From positions 1-64,000 of the IMG/VR virus record IMGVR_UViG_3300021958_000036: DNA of 64,000 nucleotides; one strand, given 5' to 3'. Positions 40,433 to 50,728 of this stretch are shown here, piece after piece. The DNA comes from a virus. Taxonomy: Duplodnaviria; Caudoviricetes. The position numbers and the translations under genes were made by a program. The notes below the pieces were generated by a model. The model saw only the letters and a list, made by a program, of their open reading frames with translations, had not been told where the DNA came from and did no database searches. Position 1 is the first letter of the stretch; each line of letters begins with the position of its first letter.

Positions 40433-41833
40433 ATTGAGTTTAAATATATTACTACCACAGCCCCACACTTTGTACAGCCCTTTTGATTTAGCAACATCAC
40501 GCTCGCTCAAACCTTTTTGTGCCCTAACACCAAATCTATCAACTCTAATTTGACCATCAGTATAAAAATAATCCACTCCCGTGTTACCAATATAATCAAA
40601 TCCTACACTAGCGTATCCGTTTCCTTCACCAAATCTTCTATCTGCATAGGTCATTAAAGAGTTAAAATTATTTTCTCTACAATATGACTTAACATGTTTT
40701 AATAATTTACTTAGTCCACCTGCAACATGATGGTTGGGTAAACATGCAAAACGAGCAATCTCTATCATTCCTTTGTATTTTTTCTGTCTAGGAATTCTAA
40801 TTGATAATGCAGCAACAATATTGTTATTGTGAATTAATCCCCAACACTTTCTAGAGTTGGTAAACCCTGAAATATGTGATTTTTTAAAAAATTCTCTCTC
40901 TTCTTGTTTTCCTATCTCTCTAACCTCACATTTCCTTGCGAAAATTTTAAAATTAATACAGTTAAGTCTATGTGATATCATTGATTTGCAAATATCTTTT
41001 TTATATTCCCACTCATCACTGAATATGTGAATTAATTTATAATCTTTTTCTAAACAATCAATTGTCTTGTTAAGGTGAAATCTTTTATCTTGTTTGTTTA
41101 ATTCAGAATGCCAATACAACCCATTTGCTTCAATACAAACCCGCTTATCTGGAATAACAATGTCCAACTCTTTAGGACTGATAATACTTCTATCAGATGT
41201 TAATGTTTTAAACCCAAGCGATTCTATATAATCATTGATTTCTAATTCAAATTGTGACCTAGAAACTGGATAACATGTCGGACACAAAGAACCTCTTTCA
41301 AAAGATTGCAATGTTTTTTGACATGTGTTTCCACACTGCGTACATTGAAATTCTAGATATTGTTTTTGACGAGAATAGTAATCATCCAAACTGGTTTTAA
41401 GTTCAAATTCTCCTTGCCTCTCATCAATCCTTGATGATATATCGAGTCTATTTAATAATTTTGTTTGACTTATTCTTTTTCTGGTTTTATCACTGTGACG
41501 CCTTCCCCAGAAAGGATTTTTTTCTCCCGTCAACTTTTCAGATAACTTTAAAACCCTTGAATCAGTTTCTTTTGTTAATCCTTTGTTCCACGCACTAGCC
41601 TTGCCTCCTTTCTTGCCACCAAGTCTTGAAGCAACCCTAGAACAATTCTTGCAATACTTCTTAAACTCAAAAGCAACATATCTTGTTTCGCTACCACAAT
41701 TATAACACATAGGTTGGGTCCCGCTATAAAGATATTTTACTGTGTACTCTTTTGATGAAAGGCTATGCTCACGCTTAACATGATTTGCAAAATCCTTTCC
41801 TTTTGATTCATAACTACAAATTTGACATTTCAT
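40427..41833 (-). mobile_element. Free-standing homing endonuclease (Hef-like; Zn fingers, NUMOD3, PD-(D/E)xK nuclease)
   Basis: 'CQIC..HVKREH', 'WNKGLTKETD', 'NPFWGRRHSDKTR', 'CTQC..CPTC', 'ELDIVIPD..VCIEANGLYWHS'; sits just downstream of the capsid terminator. Confidence 0.7.
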
Positions 41834-41872
41834 AATGTCATTATACCCTTAAAGGGTATGCAAGTATAAAAT

Positions 41873-41902
41873 AAAAAAGGGAGCTCAATTTGAGCTCCCT
41901 TT
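41873..41902 (-). terminator. Terminator after the major capsid gene
   Basis: Minus strand AAAGGGAGCTCA-AAT-TGAGCTCCCTTTTTT. Confidence 0.88.
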
Positions 41903-41924
41903 AAAATTATCTATGAAGTGTAAA

Positions 41925-43829
41925 TTAGATTACATCCATATCCAAGCAAGTTACAGTACCGTAGAAGTCAGCACGTACCATTTTCTTACCGTAGCGGGTC
42001 ATTACGCCCTTACGAGGAGTGAAATCCTCTGGTGCGAAGATGGTAGGAGTAACAATGAGAGGTACGTAAGGAGCGTAAACGTAACCAGTTTCAAGGTAAG
42101 AACCACCTTTGTAACCAACAAGGATCTTGTTGCGTGGGAAGTATGGATCTTTGTAAACTGTGAAACGGTTGCTCAATGAACCAATAGCTTCAGCGCCGAG
42201 TGAGAACGGAGCACCAACTTGTCCGTCACCATCGATTTTGATAGCTGGCTTGTAAAGAACAGAAGCTTCGAAGATGGTAGCAACTTCAGGTGAAACAACG
42301 ATGAAGTTAGCAGAACCACGAAGAGTCTTACGATGGATCTCGTTAGCAACATCGATGATGGTTTCAACGAGAGTTTCGTACCATTCACGAACTGTACCGG
42401 TGAATTGTGGACCAGTAGCAAGAGCTGAAGCAAGATTTACAGAAGCACCAGTTGCCTTGTTAACAAATTTACCTGGTGAACGTGACCAGTAGTAGTTAGC
42501 GCCACGAGCTTCGGTGAGAAGGTCATTAAGAATCTCACGATCGATCTCAAGTGCAATTTGCTCAGAGAGAATTTGAGTAAGCTCAACTTCTGCATCAAGT
42601 GAGTGGTATGCATTAAGATCTTGCGCAAGTTCTGGAGACCAACGTGCACGTAACTTGCGTGTTGCTGCGGTAACTGCAATTGACTCAATCTTGATGTCAA
42701 CTTCTGGAATAACTGGCTCTGGAGTAGAACCAAAGTTAGACTCAAATGAAGGAATAACAAGGGTTGAACCGCTTGAATCTGATGCATCCAAAGAATCACC
42801 AATTGCAAAAGAACCAGTGAAGTCTGCACTAAAAGTAGACTCGTCAACAGCTGCTGAAGCAAGAGTACCAGTAACAACAAGCATAAGATGACGGCTAGCT
42901 GAAGCTACGAACGGATTAGGTGTAAAGATTGAACCGTCCCACTCACCAATTTGGTTAAGACGACGAACGTTCATGATGCCTGCACCTTGTTGGGTGTCTG
43001 CAGCAACAGCAACAAGACCTTGAGCACTACCAGCTGTGTTTGTTACACTTCTGTGATGAAGCGCATAAGACTTAATATTTGTGAAGTCCATATCAGGAAG
43101 ATCAGCATCTTGAGCTCTAACAATCAAGAAGTTGTAAGCATGTGTTCCAGCTTCGATTTGACGTGAAAGTTGAACATCAAACTGAAGAAGTTTACCATCA
43201 GATCCTGTGTGGACTGCGGTTTTTGATCCATCTGCAGAAAGTGTTGTAGTACCGCTATAAGCGCCAGAAGCAACTAGCAAAGGAAGTGGTCTGTCTGAAT
43301 GTACTTTAGAATAAGTAGCACCAGCAAGGTCGTATTGACCTCCAACAGCTGAAGCACCTTCACGAATGCTTCTACCACTTGGAGAACCGTAGATTGATTC
43401 ACCAGCGTTGTAGGTAGCAGCAGCTTGAGAAGTTCCAGCACTTTCGTTGCGGTCATTTGTACCACCAACGTCAGTTCCGTATGAGTAATCAAGATAGAAA
43501 AGAAGCCCAGAAGGAAGGCTCATTGGCTGAATAGAAACGAGTTCGTTAGCAACCAAACCACCGAAAACACGACGAACGATTGGGAATGCGATGTTAGAAA
43601 AACCGTTAACATCACCTGCTGCACCGTTGTTTCCCATGGTGTTAGCCTCGCGAAGAACTTGAGCAGCTTGGTTTTCAAGAAGGCGAGACATTGTCTCTCT
43701 CTTGTGTTCATTAAGACCTCTAAGAAGACCGGTACGAGACCATTTAGAGATCAATCTTTCACCTTCAGCACCGACGTTACGATCGCGGATACCTTCGGTC
43801 AATTGATTAAGTGTAAAACTTTTTGACAT
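41925..43829 (-). CDS. Major capsid protein (T4 gp23-like) with central insertion
   Basis: 'LVSIQPMSLPSGLLFYL', 'TRKLRARWSPELAQDLNAYHSLDAEVEL', 'EIDREIL', 'YAPYVPL', 'GVMTRYG'. Confidence 0.95.
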   Translation of the reverse strand: MSKSFTLNQLTEGIRDRNVGAEGERLISKWSRTGLLRGLNEHKRETMSRLLENQAAQVLREANTMGNNGAAGDVNGFSNIAFPIVRRVFGGLVANELVSIQPMSLPSGLLFYLDYSYGTDVGGTNDRNESAGTSQAAATYNAGESIYGSPSGRSIREGASAVGGQYDLAGATYSKVHSDRPLPLLVASGAYSGTTTLSADGSKTAVHTGSDGKLLQFDVQLSRQIEAGTHAYNFLIVRAQDADLPDMDFTNIKSYALHHRSVTNTAGSAQGLVAVAADTQQGAGIMNVRRLNQIGEWDGSIFTPNPFVASASRHLMLVVTGTLASAAVDESTFSADFTGSFAIGDSLDASDSSGSTLVIPSFESNFGSTPEPVIPEVDIKIESIAVTAATRKLRARWSPELAQDLNAYHSLDAEVELTQILSEQIALEIDREILNDLLTEARGANYYWSRSPGKFVNKATGASVNLASALATGPQFTGTVREWYETLVETIIDVANEIHRKTLRGSANFIVVSPEVATIFEASVLYKPAIKIDGDGQVGAPFSLGAEAIGSLSNRFTVYKDPYFPRNKILVGYKGGSYLETGYVYAPYVPLIVTPTIFAPEDFTPRKGVMTRYGKKMVRADFYGTVTCLDMDVI

Positions 43830-43867
43830 GATATTGTCTCCTAAAAATTATTTGTTTTTAAAGTGAG

Positions 43868-45313
43868 TTATTTAAGTCCAGCAAGTGTCTGCCATCTGTT
43901 AACTTCAGAGATTACTTCTGTATTCTTAGCTGAAGCTGAAGATGTAGGTCTTGAAGAACTACCAAACTTTCGTGATTCACTCAAAGTAGCCTTTGAAGAA
44001 TTTGAAAGTGATTCTGTGAGTGACTTATAAAGTGCTTTGGTTTCTCCCAAGCTTCTTGCTTCGTCAAGAGCCTTGATAACTGATTTCTTTTGAGATTCAT
44101 TAAGGCTTTTGTTTTGTAGAAGCTTATTAACGTAGAGCAACTTAGCGTTAAATAAGTTCAAGTCTTCCAACTGTTCACGAAGAGTTTTAACTGCACTTCT
44201 GTATTTATTCAGTTGTATTTGCTGAGATCGATTCTGACGTCTCAGATTACGAATTGCTTCGTTTAATTTGTTCATTTGAGGAGGATTAACAAAAGCATCT
44301 TTTCCTTCAGCACCACCGCCAAAAGCTTTGCTCTTTCCTGATTTCTTTGGACCTTTACCACCGAAAGCACCACCAACACCAGCAGAACTTCCTTTTCCAC
44401 CAAAGTGATGGTCCATCTTTCCTTCTCTCATTAATCTTTTCATTCTAGCGATTTCTTGGCGAAGCATACGTGGGTCAATATCAAAAACCTCGTTCATTGC
44501 TTCTTCACCTTCTTCAGCACCCATAAGAGCGCCAGCAAGGTCTTCTGCTTCTTCATCACCAAGTTCTTCTTCAGCTGCCTCTTCACCTTCTTCAGTTCCG
44601 AGTTCTGCTTCTTCAGCTTCCTCTTCTTCATCTTCCATGATCATTCCAAGAAGTTCATCTGGTAACATGTCTTCTTCGATATCTTCGCCAAGATCAATAC
44701 GAAGAGCGATTTCTTGAAGCATTGCTTCAAGATCCATATCAGCCATTTCAGCCTCAACCTCTTCTTCTTCGTACACTCCTTCTCCCATTTCAGCCATTTC
44801 TTCTTCAACAGCTTCGCGGAGAGAAGCGAGATCAACTTCGTAAAATTTTTCTCCATTCATTTTTTCATTCTCCTGAATTGTTATATTACTATTTATTTTG
44901 TTGTTTGCTAAGTTATCAGCGTTTTCATTTATTTTTTCAGCTAAACTTAACAATCGAGAACGCTCTTGACTGTTAAGATTGACCATGGCCTCTGAAATAG
45001 AAGCCTTTAGTGCAACCCCTTCATTCAAGGAAGAGATAATTTTATCACCACCGAGCATATTAACCAAAGACTTAATTGAAGCTTCGTCTAAAACAACTTC
45101 TTCATCTAAATCTTTGTCTTCTCTATCATCTTCTGCAGCTTCTTCATCAACTGAAGATTCTTCTTCAGCATCAGCTTCGAGCAGTTGATCTTCGATAAAT
45201 TCTCTAATTCGAGGTGTAACAGCCTCTAAGATGGCTTTTTTGGCATTGTCTTCTGCAACTTCTTTTAACTTCTTTGCATCAGCAATTGCTTCTTCAAAAA
45301 TTTTACTTGACAT
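43868..45313 (-). CDS. Prohead core / scaffolding protein
   Basis: Very acidic coiled-coil protein directly upstream of MCP; many LxE sites; start MSSKIFEE has a GAGG SD. Confidence 0.7.
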   Translation of the reverse strand: MSSKIFEEAIADAKKLKEVAEDNAKKAILEAVTPRIREFIEDQLLEADAEEESSVDEEAAEDDREDKDLDEEVVLDEASIKSLVNMLGGDKIISSLNEGVALKASISEAMVNLNSQERSRLLSLAEKINENADNLANNKINSNITIQENEKMNGEKFYEVDLASLREAVEEEMAEMGEGVYEEEEVEAEMADMDLEAMLQEIALRIDLGEDIEEDMLPDELLGMIMEDEEEEAEEAELGTEEGEEAAEEELGDEEAEDLAGALMGAEEGEEAMNEVFDIDPRMLRQEIARMKRLMREGKMDHHFGGKGSSAGVGGAFGGKGPKKSGKSKAFGGGAEGKDAFVNPPQMNKLNEAIRNLRRQNRSQQIQLNKYRSAVKTLREQLEDLNLFNAKLLYVNKLLQNKSLNESQKKSVIKALDEARSLGETKALYKSLTESLSNSSKATLSESRKFGSSSRPTSSASAKNTEVISEVNRWQTLAGLK

Positions 45314-45363
45314 AACTTTCCTCATGTTTACTTTCTATATTTATCACTTAAAAAATAAAAAAT

Positions 45364-45921
45364 CTATATTTCCAAGTATTCTTTTAATCTGGCTAACGTC
45401 TTTTTAACTCTATTTCTTCTCATATACGACCTCTCCATTTGGTCGATCATGTCGCTTAGACTAAATATACTGTCATCTTCTACATCTGTTAAAAGCTTAT
45501 GTGCTCTAGATGTTCCATATTGTGTACCTGTTCTTTTATATGGTCCGGTTGTTCTGAATGCCTGACTTGAACCACCCGTCCCTAAAGGAGGACCACTATG
45601 TTTTGGCTGTTTAAAAGGTGAGATTCCTTGACGTGCAGTATTCCTGTGATCACCAGAAAACTCAAAAATGTTTGTATTGTGATTGCCAACTGCATATGCT
45701 CTATCAACCCTGCTATTATTACCTGCAGCTGGAACTGCTAGCTTAGCAGCAATACCCAAAGAAACATCTTCATCAAATTCATCTTCCATTGAATTGTAAA
45801 GATCATTTTCTTCTTTTTCTGCATCAGTAGAAAAGCCATACATTGGAAATGTATGACTTCTAGCTGTTTGACGATTTAAACCTGGACCGTCATCATAGGG
45901 TGTTAAAAGAAAATTTGCCAT
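45364..45921 (-). CDS. Hypothetical protein in the head module
   Basis: 185-aa ORF coupled to the upstream gene. Confidence 0.55.
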   Translation of the reverse strand: MANFLLTPYDDGPGLNRQTARSHTFPMYGFSTDAEKEENDLYNSMEDEFDEDVSLGIAAKLAVPAAGNNSRVDRAYAVGNHNTNIFEFSGDHRNTARQGISPFKQPKHSGPPLGTGGSSQAFRTTGPYKRTGTQYGTSRAHKLLTDVEDDSIFSLSDMIDQMERSYMRRNRVKKTLARLKEYLEI

Positions 45922-46425
45922 TTAGCTTTGACCGTCTGATCCTTGATAAGACCTTCCAGAAATATAGCTTCCCACAGTAACAATGTTTTGTTCAGCAATT
46001 CTTCCTGAAGTATCCGCAGGGTTAGCCAATCCACCAATTCCCGAACCAAACTCAACATTTGTTTCTGGATCAGGTAATTCACCGTTATAAACAGGCTGAT
46101 CAGCTGCACTAACAGAACCAGGGCCAGGTGATGTAATGTTTGGCATGTAAGGAGATGCCGGTAAACCACCGCCACCAGTTTCAACTTCTGTTAAATCAGG
46201 TGCATCAACAAAATCTCTATTGTAAGAATTAATACCGTTTCCACCAACAACTGTACCATCCAGTGCGAGCTCTTGATAAGTTCTTTTTCTTTCAGCATCA
46301 GTTAACTCACCAAGATAAACAGGAGAAGCACTAAATGCAGATCTAAGATTTGCATCTTTTCTAGCACCGTATTGTTTATTAGGAGCCACTGCTGGTTGAA
46401 CGATAACTTGAGGTTGTTCAGCCAT
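45922..46425 (-). CDS. Pro/Gly-rich hypothetical protein in the head module
   Basis: 167 aa; GGAG SD. Confidence 0.6.
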   Translation of the reverse strand: MAEQPQVIVQPAVAPNKQYGARKDANLRSAFSASPVYLGELTDAERKRTYQELALDGTVVGGNGINSYNRDFVDAPDLTEVETGGGGLPASPYMPNITSPGPGSVSAADQPVYNGELPDPETNVEFGSGIGGLANPADTSGRIAEQNIVTVGSYISGRSYQGSDGQS

Positions 46426-46426
46426 C

Positions 46427-46666
46427 TTATTCTCCCTTCTTATTGAGAGCTTTTCTTATTTTTCTTTTAATAGCTTCAATTTTTTTAGCTTCATTAAGCT
46501 TTTTTTCTTGAATAGCTTTTACCTTTAAAATAATAGCTCTTTTTTGAGAAGCAGATATAATCTTTTTCTCTTCTTTGATAAGTCCAGCTTTTTTAAGCTT
46601 TTGTTTTTCTTCAGCAATAATTCTTTTTAAGGTTATTGCTGTTAATTTTGAGACGCTTTTTCGCAT
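46427..46666 (-). CDS. Small basic protein with LKRIIAEE leader
   Basis: 79 aa; GGAG SD; ATATTTA motif upstream. Confidence 0.6.
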   Translation of the reverse strand: MRKSVSKLTAITLKRIIAEEKQKLKKAGLIKEEKKIISASQKRAIILKVKAIQEKKLNEAKKIEAIKRKIRKALNKKGE

Positions 46667-46758
46667 ATTTATTCTCCATAGTCTATAGATAAACTATACT
46701 CAACTTTATCAAGATTAAATATACTGTTTTTATAAAATTTTCTATTTAGATTTCTAAA

Positions 46759-47259
46759 TTATGAAAAAGCAAGCGTTGCCCACTTACCAGCGTTCTCGTC
46801 ACCAAATAAATCTTCAGGATTGTTTTGACTAACAATCATTGCTGCCTGATCAGCACCCTTGGAAGTCGAAACCATTCCTCGACCTCTTTCAGCTGAAGCT
46901 TGTTCTTGTAAGGTGCTCATTGCTGTATCAGCTAGCAATTCGTTTAAAATTGGATCACCAGTAATATTTGTACTAACGTTTGGTGTCTTTTGTTCTTGCT
47001 GTACTTGAGCTTCTTCATTGTTAGCAAAACTAATGCTATCTAAATAACTTGGTCTTCGACCTTCAGAAGTTTTGCTTGATTGTCTTCCAGAATCTAAAGA
47101 GGCTAAGCTTTTTTTAGATCTTCTATTGGGATTTGAAGCTGCAGTTCTATTAATACTTTCTTTTAATGTCGAAGGTGAAGAACTTAAACCTTCTGATAAA
47201 ATTTCAACTAAACATTCTTTAACAATGTTTTTTAATTCTGACCTACTTAAGCGACTCAT
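46759..47259 (-). CDS. Hypothetical protein with LKNIVKE..EILSE leader
   Basis: 166 aa, coupled to the prohead protease gene. Confidence 0.6.
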   Translation of the reverse strand: MSRLSRSELKNIVKECLVEILSEGLSSSPSTLKESINRTAASNPNRRSKKSLASLDSGRQSSKTSEGRRPSYLDSISFANNEEAQVQQEQKTPNVSTNITGDPILNELLADTAMSTLQEQASAERGRGMVSTSKGADQAAMIVSQNNPEDLFGDENAGKWATLAFS

Positions 47260-47864
47260 TAATCATCCCAGTTTAAAATATCATTAAATATTCTATCAAC
47301 TCTATCTGATTTGTTAAAAGTCTTGTTAAGATCTCTTTTAGAAATCGTCTTACCTTCACGAAGCATAAAAGCACCAGGTGTAGAAGGTTCAGAAACCATA
47401 TCAAAGCAAATAAGCTGAAAATCTTCTTGAACTATTTGAGAATCGCCTTGGCTTCTTGTAGAACCTACGCCACGTGACGATATACCCAGTGTAACACCAC
47501 TTTCAATCAAACTCTGTATAATTTTGCCGCTAGGTGTGTCAAGTATCTCTATAGTACCATAGACGTTGTCTCCATCCATGTGTGCTTCAGTTACAACGTG
47601 AGAAACATTTTTAAGTTCAACAACTGAAGAGTCGGGATGATCACATTCTCCAAGAGCTCTTTTTTCTTGAATGAGTTTTTGGTAGTTTACCATTTCTCTT
47701 TCTAAGATAGCTCTAGGGTAGATTCTTCCGTTTTGATTTAAAGTGTTAGCTCTTTGAATAATACCTTTAAGAACGATTTTCCCATACTTATCTCTTGACT
47801 CTTTGATAAGCTTTTTATCAACATTAATTGGACACCATTCGGTTAATAATTTCATATCGCTCAT
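47259..47864 (-). CDS. Prohead protease (T4 gp21-like)
   Basis: 'NQNGRIYP', 'ALGECDHP', 'VSH', 'TPSGKI', 'LGISSRGVGS', 'FDMVSEPSTPGAF'. Confidence 0.92.
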   Translation of the reverse strand: MSDMKLLTEWCPINVDKKLIKESRDKYGKIVLKGIIQRANTLNQNGRIYPRAILEREMVNYQKLIQEKRALGECDHPDSSVVELKNVSHVVTEAHMDGDNVYGTIEILDTPSGKIIQSLIESGVTLGISSRGVGSTRSQGDSQIVQEDFQLICFDMVSEPSTPGAFMLREGKTISKRDLNKTFNKSDRVDRIFNDILNWDD

Positions 47865-47865
47865 T

Positions 47866-48720
47866 TTATTCCTCGCTGTTTATCTCACTAACAAGGTTTG
47901 TGAGAGTTAAAAATTTAACAATAGAAGAATCAGATACATCGGTGGTATTTAAGTTTTTTATTCTAGATGAAACTTCATCAATCTTTCCATTGACAATTTT
48001 ATTTGTATTTGTATTTCTAAAAGCTTCTAATGATTTTAAAGTTTGTGATTTTTTGTTCTCTAAATACTCAACCAACTTTTCTTTATTTGACTCATTATAA
48101 AAAGCGTAATTTTTGATAATTTCTTTTTGATCTTGAGACATGTGAGAATATTTCTCATTAAGTTTTTTAGTCATTAGATTAAAGACTAACTTATCTGACT
48201 GCGATTGTTCAACAACGTTTTGAACATCTTCAATTCTTTCTTCACTCTTCTCAGTCACCAACCAATCAATTGCTTTTTTCTCAAACTCAACAATTTTTTT
48301 CAAATTAGAGTCATCCTCTTTGCGCCATTCATTAAGAAGATTTTGAATATTTGCGTATTCTGAGTAATTTGAAACATTTCTATAATAAAAGTTCTTGTTA
48401 TTAATTTTATAATTAATATCTTTTATCAATGCAGATTTTTCTCTATCAAGATTAACAGAGTCTGATCTTCTTGCCGCATTTTTAGCTTCAGTTAAAATTG
48501 CAGCTGCAGCAGTTGTAGAAGAAATATTCGAAGTTGCGAGTGCGTTAAAAAGTCTAAACTCCCTATAGAGTTCTGTTCCCTTAGCAAACCTCTTTTCCAT
48601 GATAGTTGTTGCAACTTTTGCTAAATCTTTATCATTCTCAATGATACAATTAGCTATATGTTTAACAAATAGCTCATAAATAATTCCAACATTTCTTTTT
48701 TTATTATGCTTATTACTCAT
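47866..48720 (-). CDS. Hypothetical head-module protein
   Basis: 'KHNKKRNVGIIYEL'; lies between portal and protease. Confidence 0.6.
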   Translation of the reverse strand: MSNKHNKKRNVGIIYELFVKHIANCIIENDKDLAKVATTIMEKRFAKGTELYREFRLFNALATSNISSTTAAAAILTEAKNAARRSDSVNLDREKSALIKDINYKINNKNFYYRNVSNYSEYANIQNLLNEWRKEDDSNLKKIVEFEKKAIDWLVTEKSEERIEDVQNVVEQSQSDKLVFNLMTKKLNEKYSHMSQDQKEIIKNYAFYNESNKEKLVEYLENKKSQTLKSLEAFRNTNTNKIVNGKIDEVSSRIKNLNTTDVSDSSIVKFLTLTNLVSEINSEE

Positions 48721-50719
48721 TATCACCTTCCCCTGATGAATTGTTCTCAGAGATTACAGATCTAGGTTTTCCTAGTTTTGAATCAAGTCTATTTAAAGTC
48801 GATTTAATCTTTGCTGTCATCTGCGCATTTTGCTCTATTTTAATATCTAAGTATTCACTAATGTCTAAACTATCTAAAGATGATACTTCATTAGCACTAG
48901 GAATATCCATCTTGTAAGATGCTTTTAAATCCATCTCATTTCTTGGTAATCCTGTTATATCATTTTGCGAACGATTATCTTGATATCTGTCAGCAGACAT
49001 CAAACCATCTAAACCTTTCTTAGCGCGATTACCACCAAATGATTTTTTGTACTCTTTTCTTTTGGTTTGTTTCTGTGCTTGGTTTTGCCACTTTTCAAAT
49101 TCAGTAAGTTGTTCTTCATCATCTTCTTCGTTTTCTTCGTTTAAAAGGGCTGAACTACTATCAATTAACTTTTGAACTTTTATCGGAGCATCATCGTCAT
49201 CAATTGATAACATGCTTTTTTCAGCCAAGCCACCCATGTCAGGAGCCCCACCGCCTAAATCAAGACCAGGCATCGGTGCGGGCATACCTCCACCTGCTTC
49301 AGGACCTTCTGTTGGTGTAATTGTAGTAGATTCAATTTCTAGGTCACCTTTCTTATCAGATATCAAGCCCTTCTTAACTGCAGCAATCTCTTCATCATTA
49401 AGTCTAAGAATGTGCTTTTGAACCCATGTTCTATTGACCAACCCAGGAACTTGAAGAGCGGTACCAGCCGCTTCAAATCTAGATTTAAATAATTCTAGCT
49501 TCTGTTGTTGTGCAATAGTTGAAGGATTAGATAATCGCAGTGTAAAGTCTAAAAGATCTTCATCCGTAAAACCTTGGCAATATAAATGAACAATAGCGAT
49601 TTTATTCATCTCAGAAAGTACTGTTCTCTGAATTCTAGCAATAGTCCTACTAAATCGAATATCTTCTTGAGAAAGTGTTGCTTTTGCACCTAATCCTTCA
49701 TCATAACCCAAATAAGCTTTTGGTATTTTAAGCGCTGCAAAAAGTTTCTTTTGAATATATTCAACGTCAGTAGTTTCTCCTGTGATAGTTTGACCAGCAA
49801 TTGGTTCAATTTTTGTTCCGCTATCACCGCCACGGACAGGAATAAAGTAATCTTCATCAATTGATAATGGATTATATCTTAAATCAACTCTACCGCTATT
49901 TTTATCAACAATGGGAGACTTTTTCAAAGCTGATTGGGCTTGTTCCATATAGTTTGCAATATCCTCTGGTGGGACATTTCCAACATCAATATAGAAAGCT
50001 TTTCTATCTGGGGCTCTTACGATTCTGTGAACAAGCATTGCATCTTCTAAAAGAATTAGCTGTCTCCAGATTCTTCTTGCAGGTTCTAAAACAGAAGAAC
50101 CGTATGGCAAGAATGCATCATTACCCAAAAGTCTCAGATGAGATATTTGCCAGTTTTCTAAAACTTGATTTCCTTGTGTAACCCATCTAAATCTGACAGC
50201 CATAGGATCATTTTTATCGAAACCCTCTTCTCTTTCAATTTCTGAAATCGGCAAAGGATATGCGTTAATTACGCCGTAACTAGGATGAACATCATTAAAA
50301 AGAAAGAAGTCTCCATACTTTACAAGGTTTCTTACCCATGCTGTCATGTTAAATTCAATGTTCAGCGTGTCATAAAACAATTCATTTAGAATTTCTCTAA
50401 TCTTAGAGTTTTCTGAATATATGTGTAGTGTTTTACCGTTTTCATCAGCAGCAACAGATTCTTCTGCATATATGTCAAGAGCGCTAGCAATCTCAGGTGT
50501 GTATTCCATTTCGCTGAAATCAGAATACCTTGCCATTCTATCATAAGTACCATAAGCAGACATTGCTGCTGAGTATACTTGAGATTGATTCTTTCTAAAC
50601 GCTTCAAAAGCTGAAGAGGTTACTCTATCTTGTGCTTGCAAGACGTTTCTTTTTACGACGGGACCAGACCTAAAAAGTCTAGTCAGTCTTGTAAATAAAT
50701 TTCCTTTAGGATCAGCCAT
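48713..50719 (-). CDS. Portal protein (T4 gp20-like)
   Basis: 'PEIASALDIYAEE', 'LEDAMLVHRIVRAPDRKAFYIDVGN', 'EDYFIPVR', 'ALKIPKAYL'. Confidence 0.92.
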   Translation of the reverse strand: MADPKGNLFTRLTRLFRSGPVVKRNVLQAQDRVTSSAFEAFRKNQSQVYSAAMSAYGTYDRMARYSDFSEMEYTPEIASALDIYAEESVAADENGKTLHIYSENSKIREILNELFYDTLNIEFNMTAWVRNLVKYGDFFLFNDVHPSYGVINAYPLPISEIEREEGFDKNDPMAVRFRWVTQGNQVLENWQISHLRLLGNDAFLPYGSSVLEPARRIWRQLILLEDAMLVHRIVRAPDRKAFYIDVGNVPPEDIANYMEQAQSALKKSPIVDKNSGRVDLRYNPLSIDEDYFIPVRGGDSGTKIEPIAGQTITGETTDVEYIQKKLFAALKIPKAYLGYDEGLGAKATLSQEDIRFSRTIARIQRTVLSEMNKIAIVHLYCQGFTDEDLLDFTLRLSNPSTIAQQQKLELFKSRFEAAGTALQVPGLVNRTWVQKHILRLNDEEIAAVKKGLISDKKGDLEIESTTITPTEGPEAGGGMPAPMPGLDLGGGAPDMGGLAEKSMLSIDDDDAPIKVQKLIDSSSALLNEENEEDDEEQLTEFEKWQNQAQKQTKRKEYKKSFGGNRAKKGLDGLMSADRYQDNRSQNDITGLPRNEMDLKASYKMDIPSANEVSSLDSLDISEYLDIKIEQNAQMTAKIKSTLNRLDSKLGKPRSVISENNSSGEGDNE

Positions 50720-50728
50720 GATAATTCT

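Noticed and set aside
41913-45188. Many antisense and alternate-frame ORFs over the capsid and scaffold genes
   Set aside because: Shadow ORFs from biased codon usage in highly expressed genes; no SDs or protein-like content.
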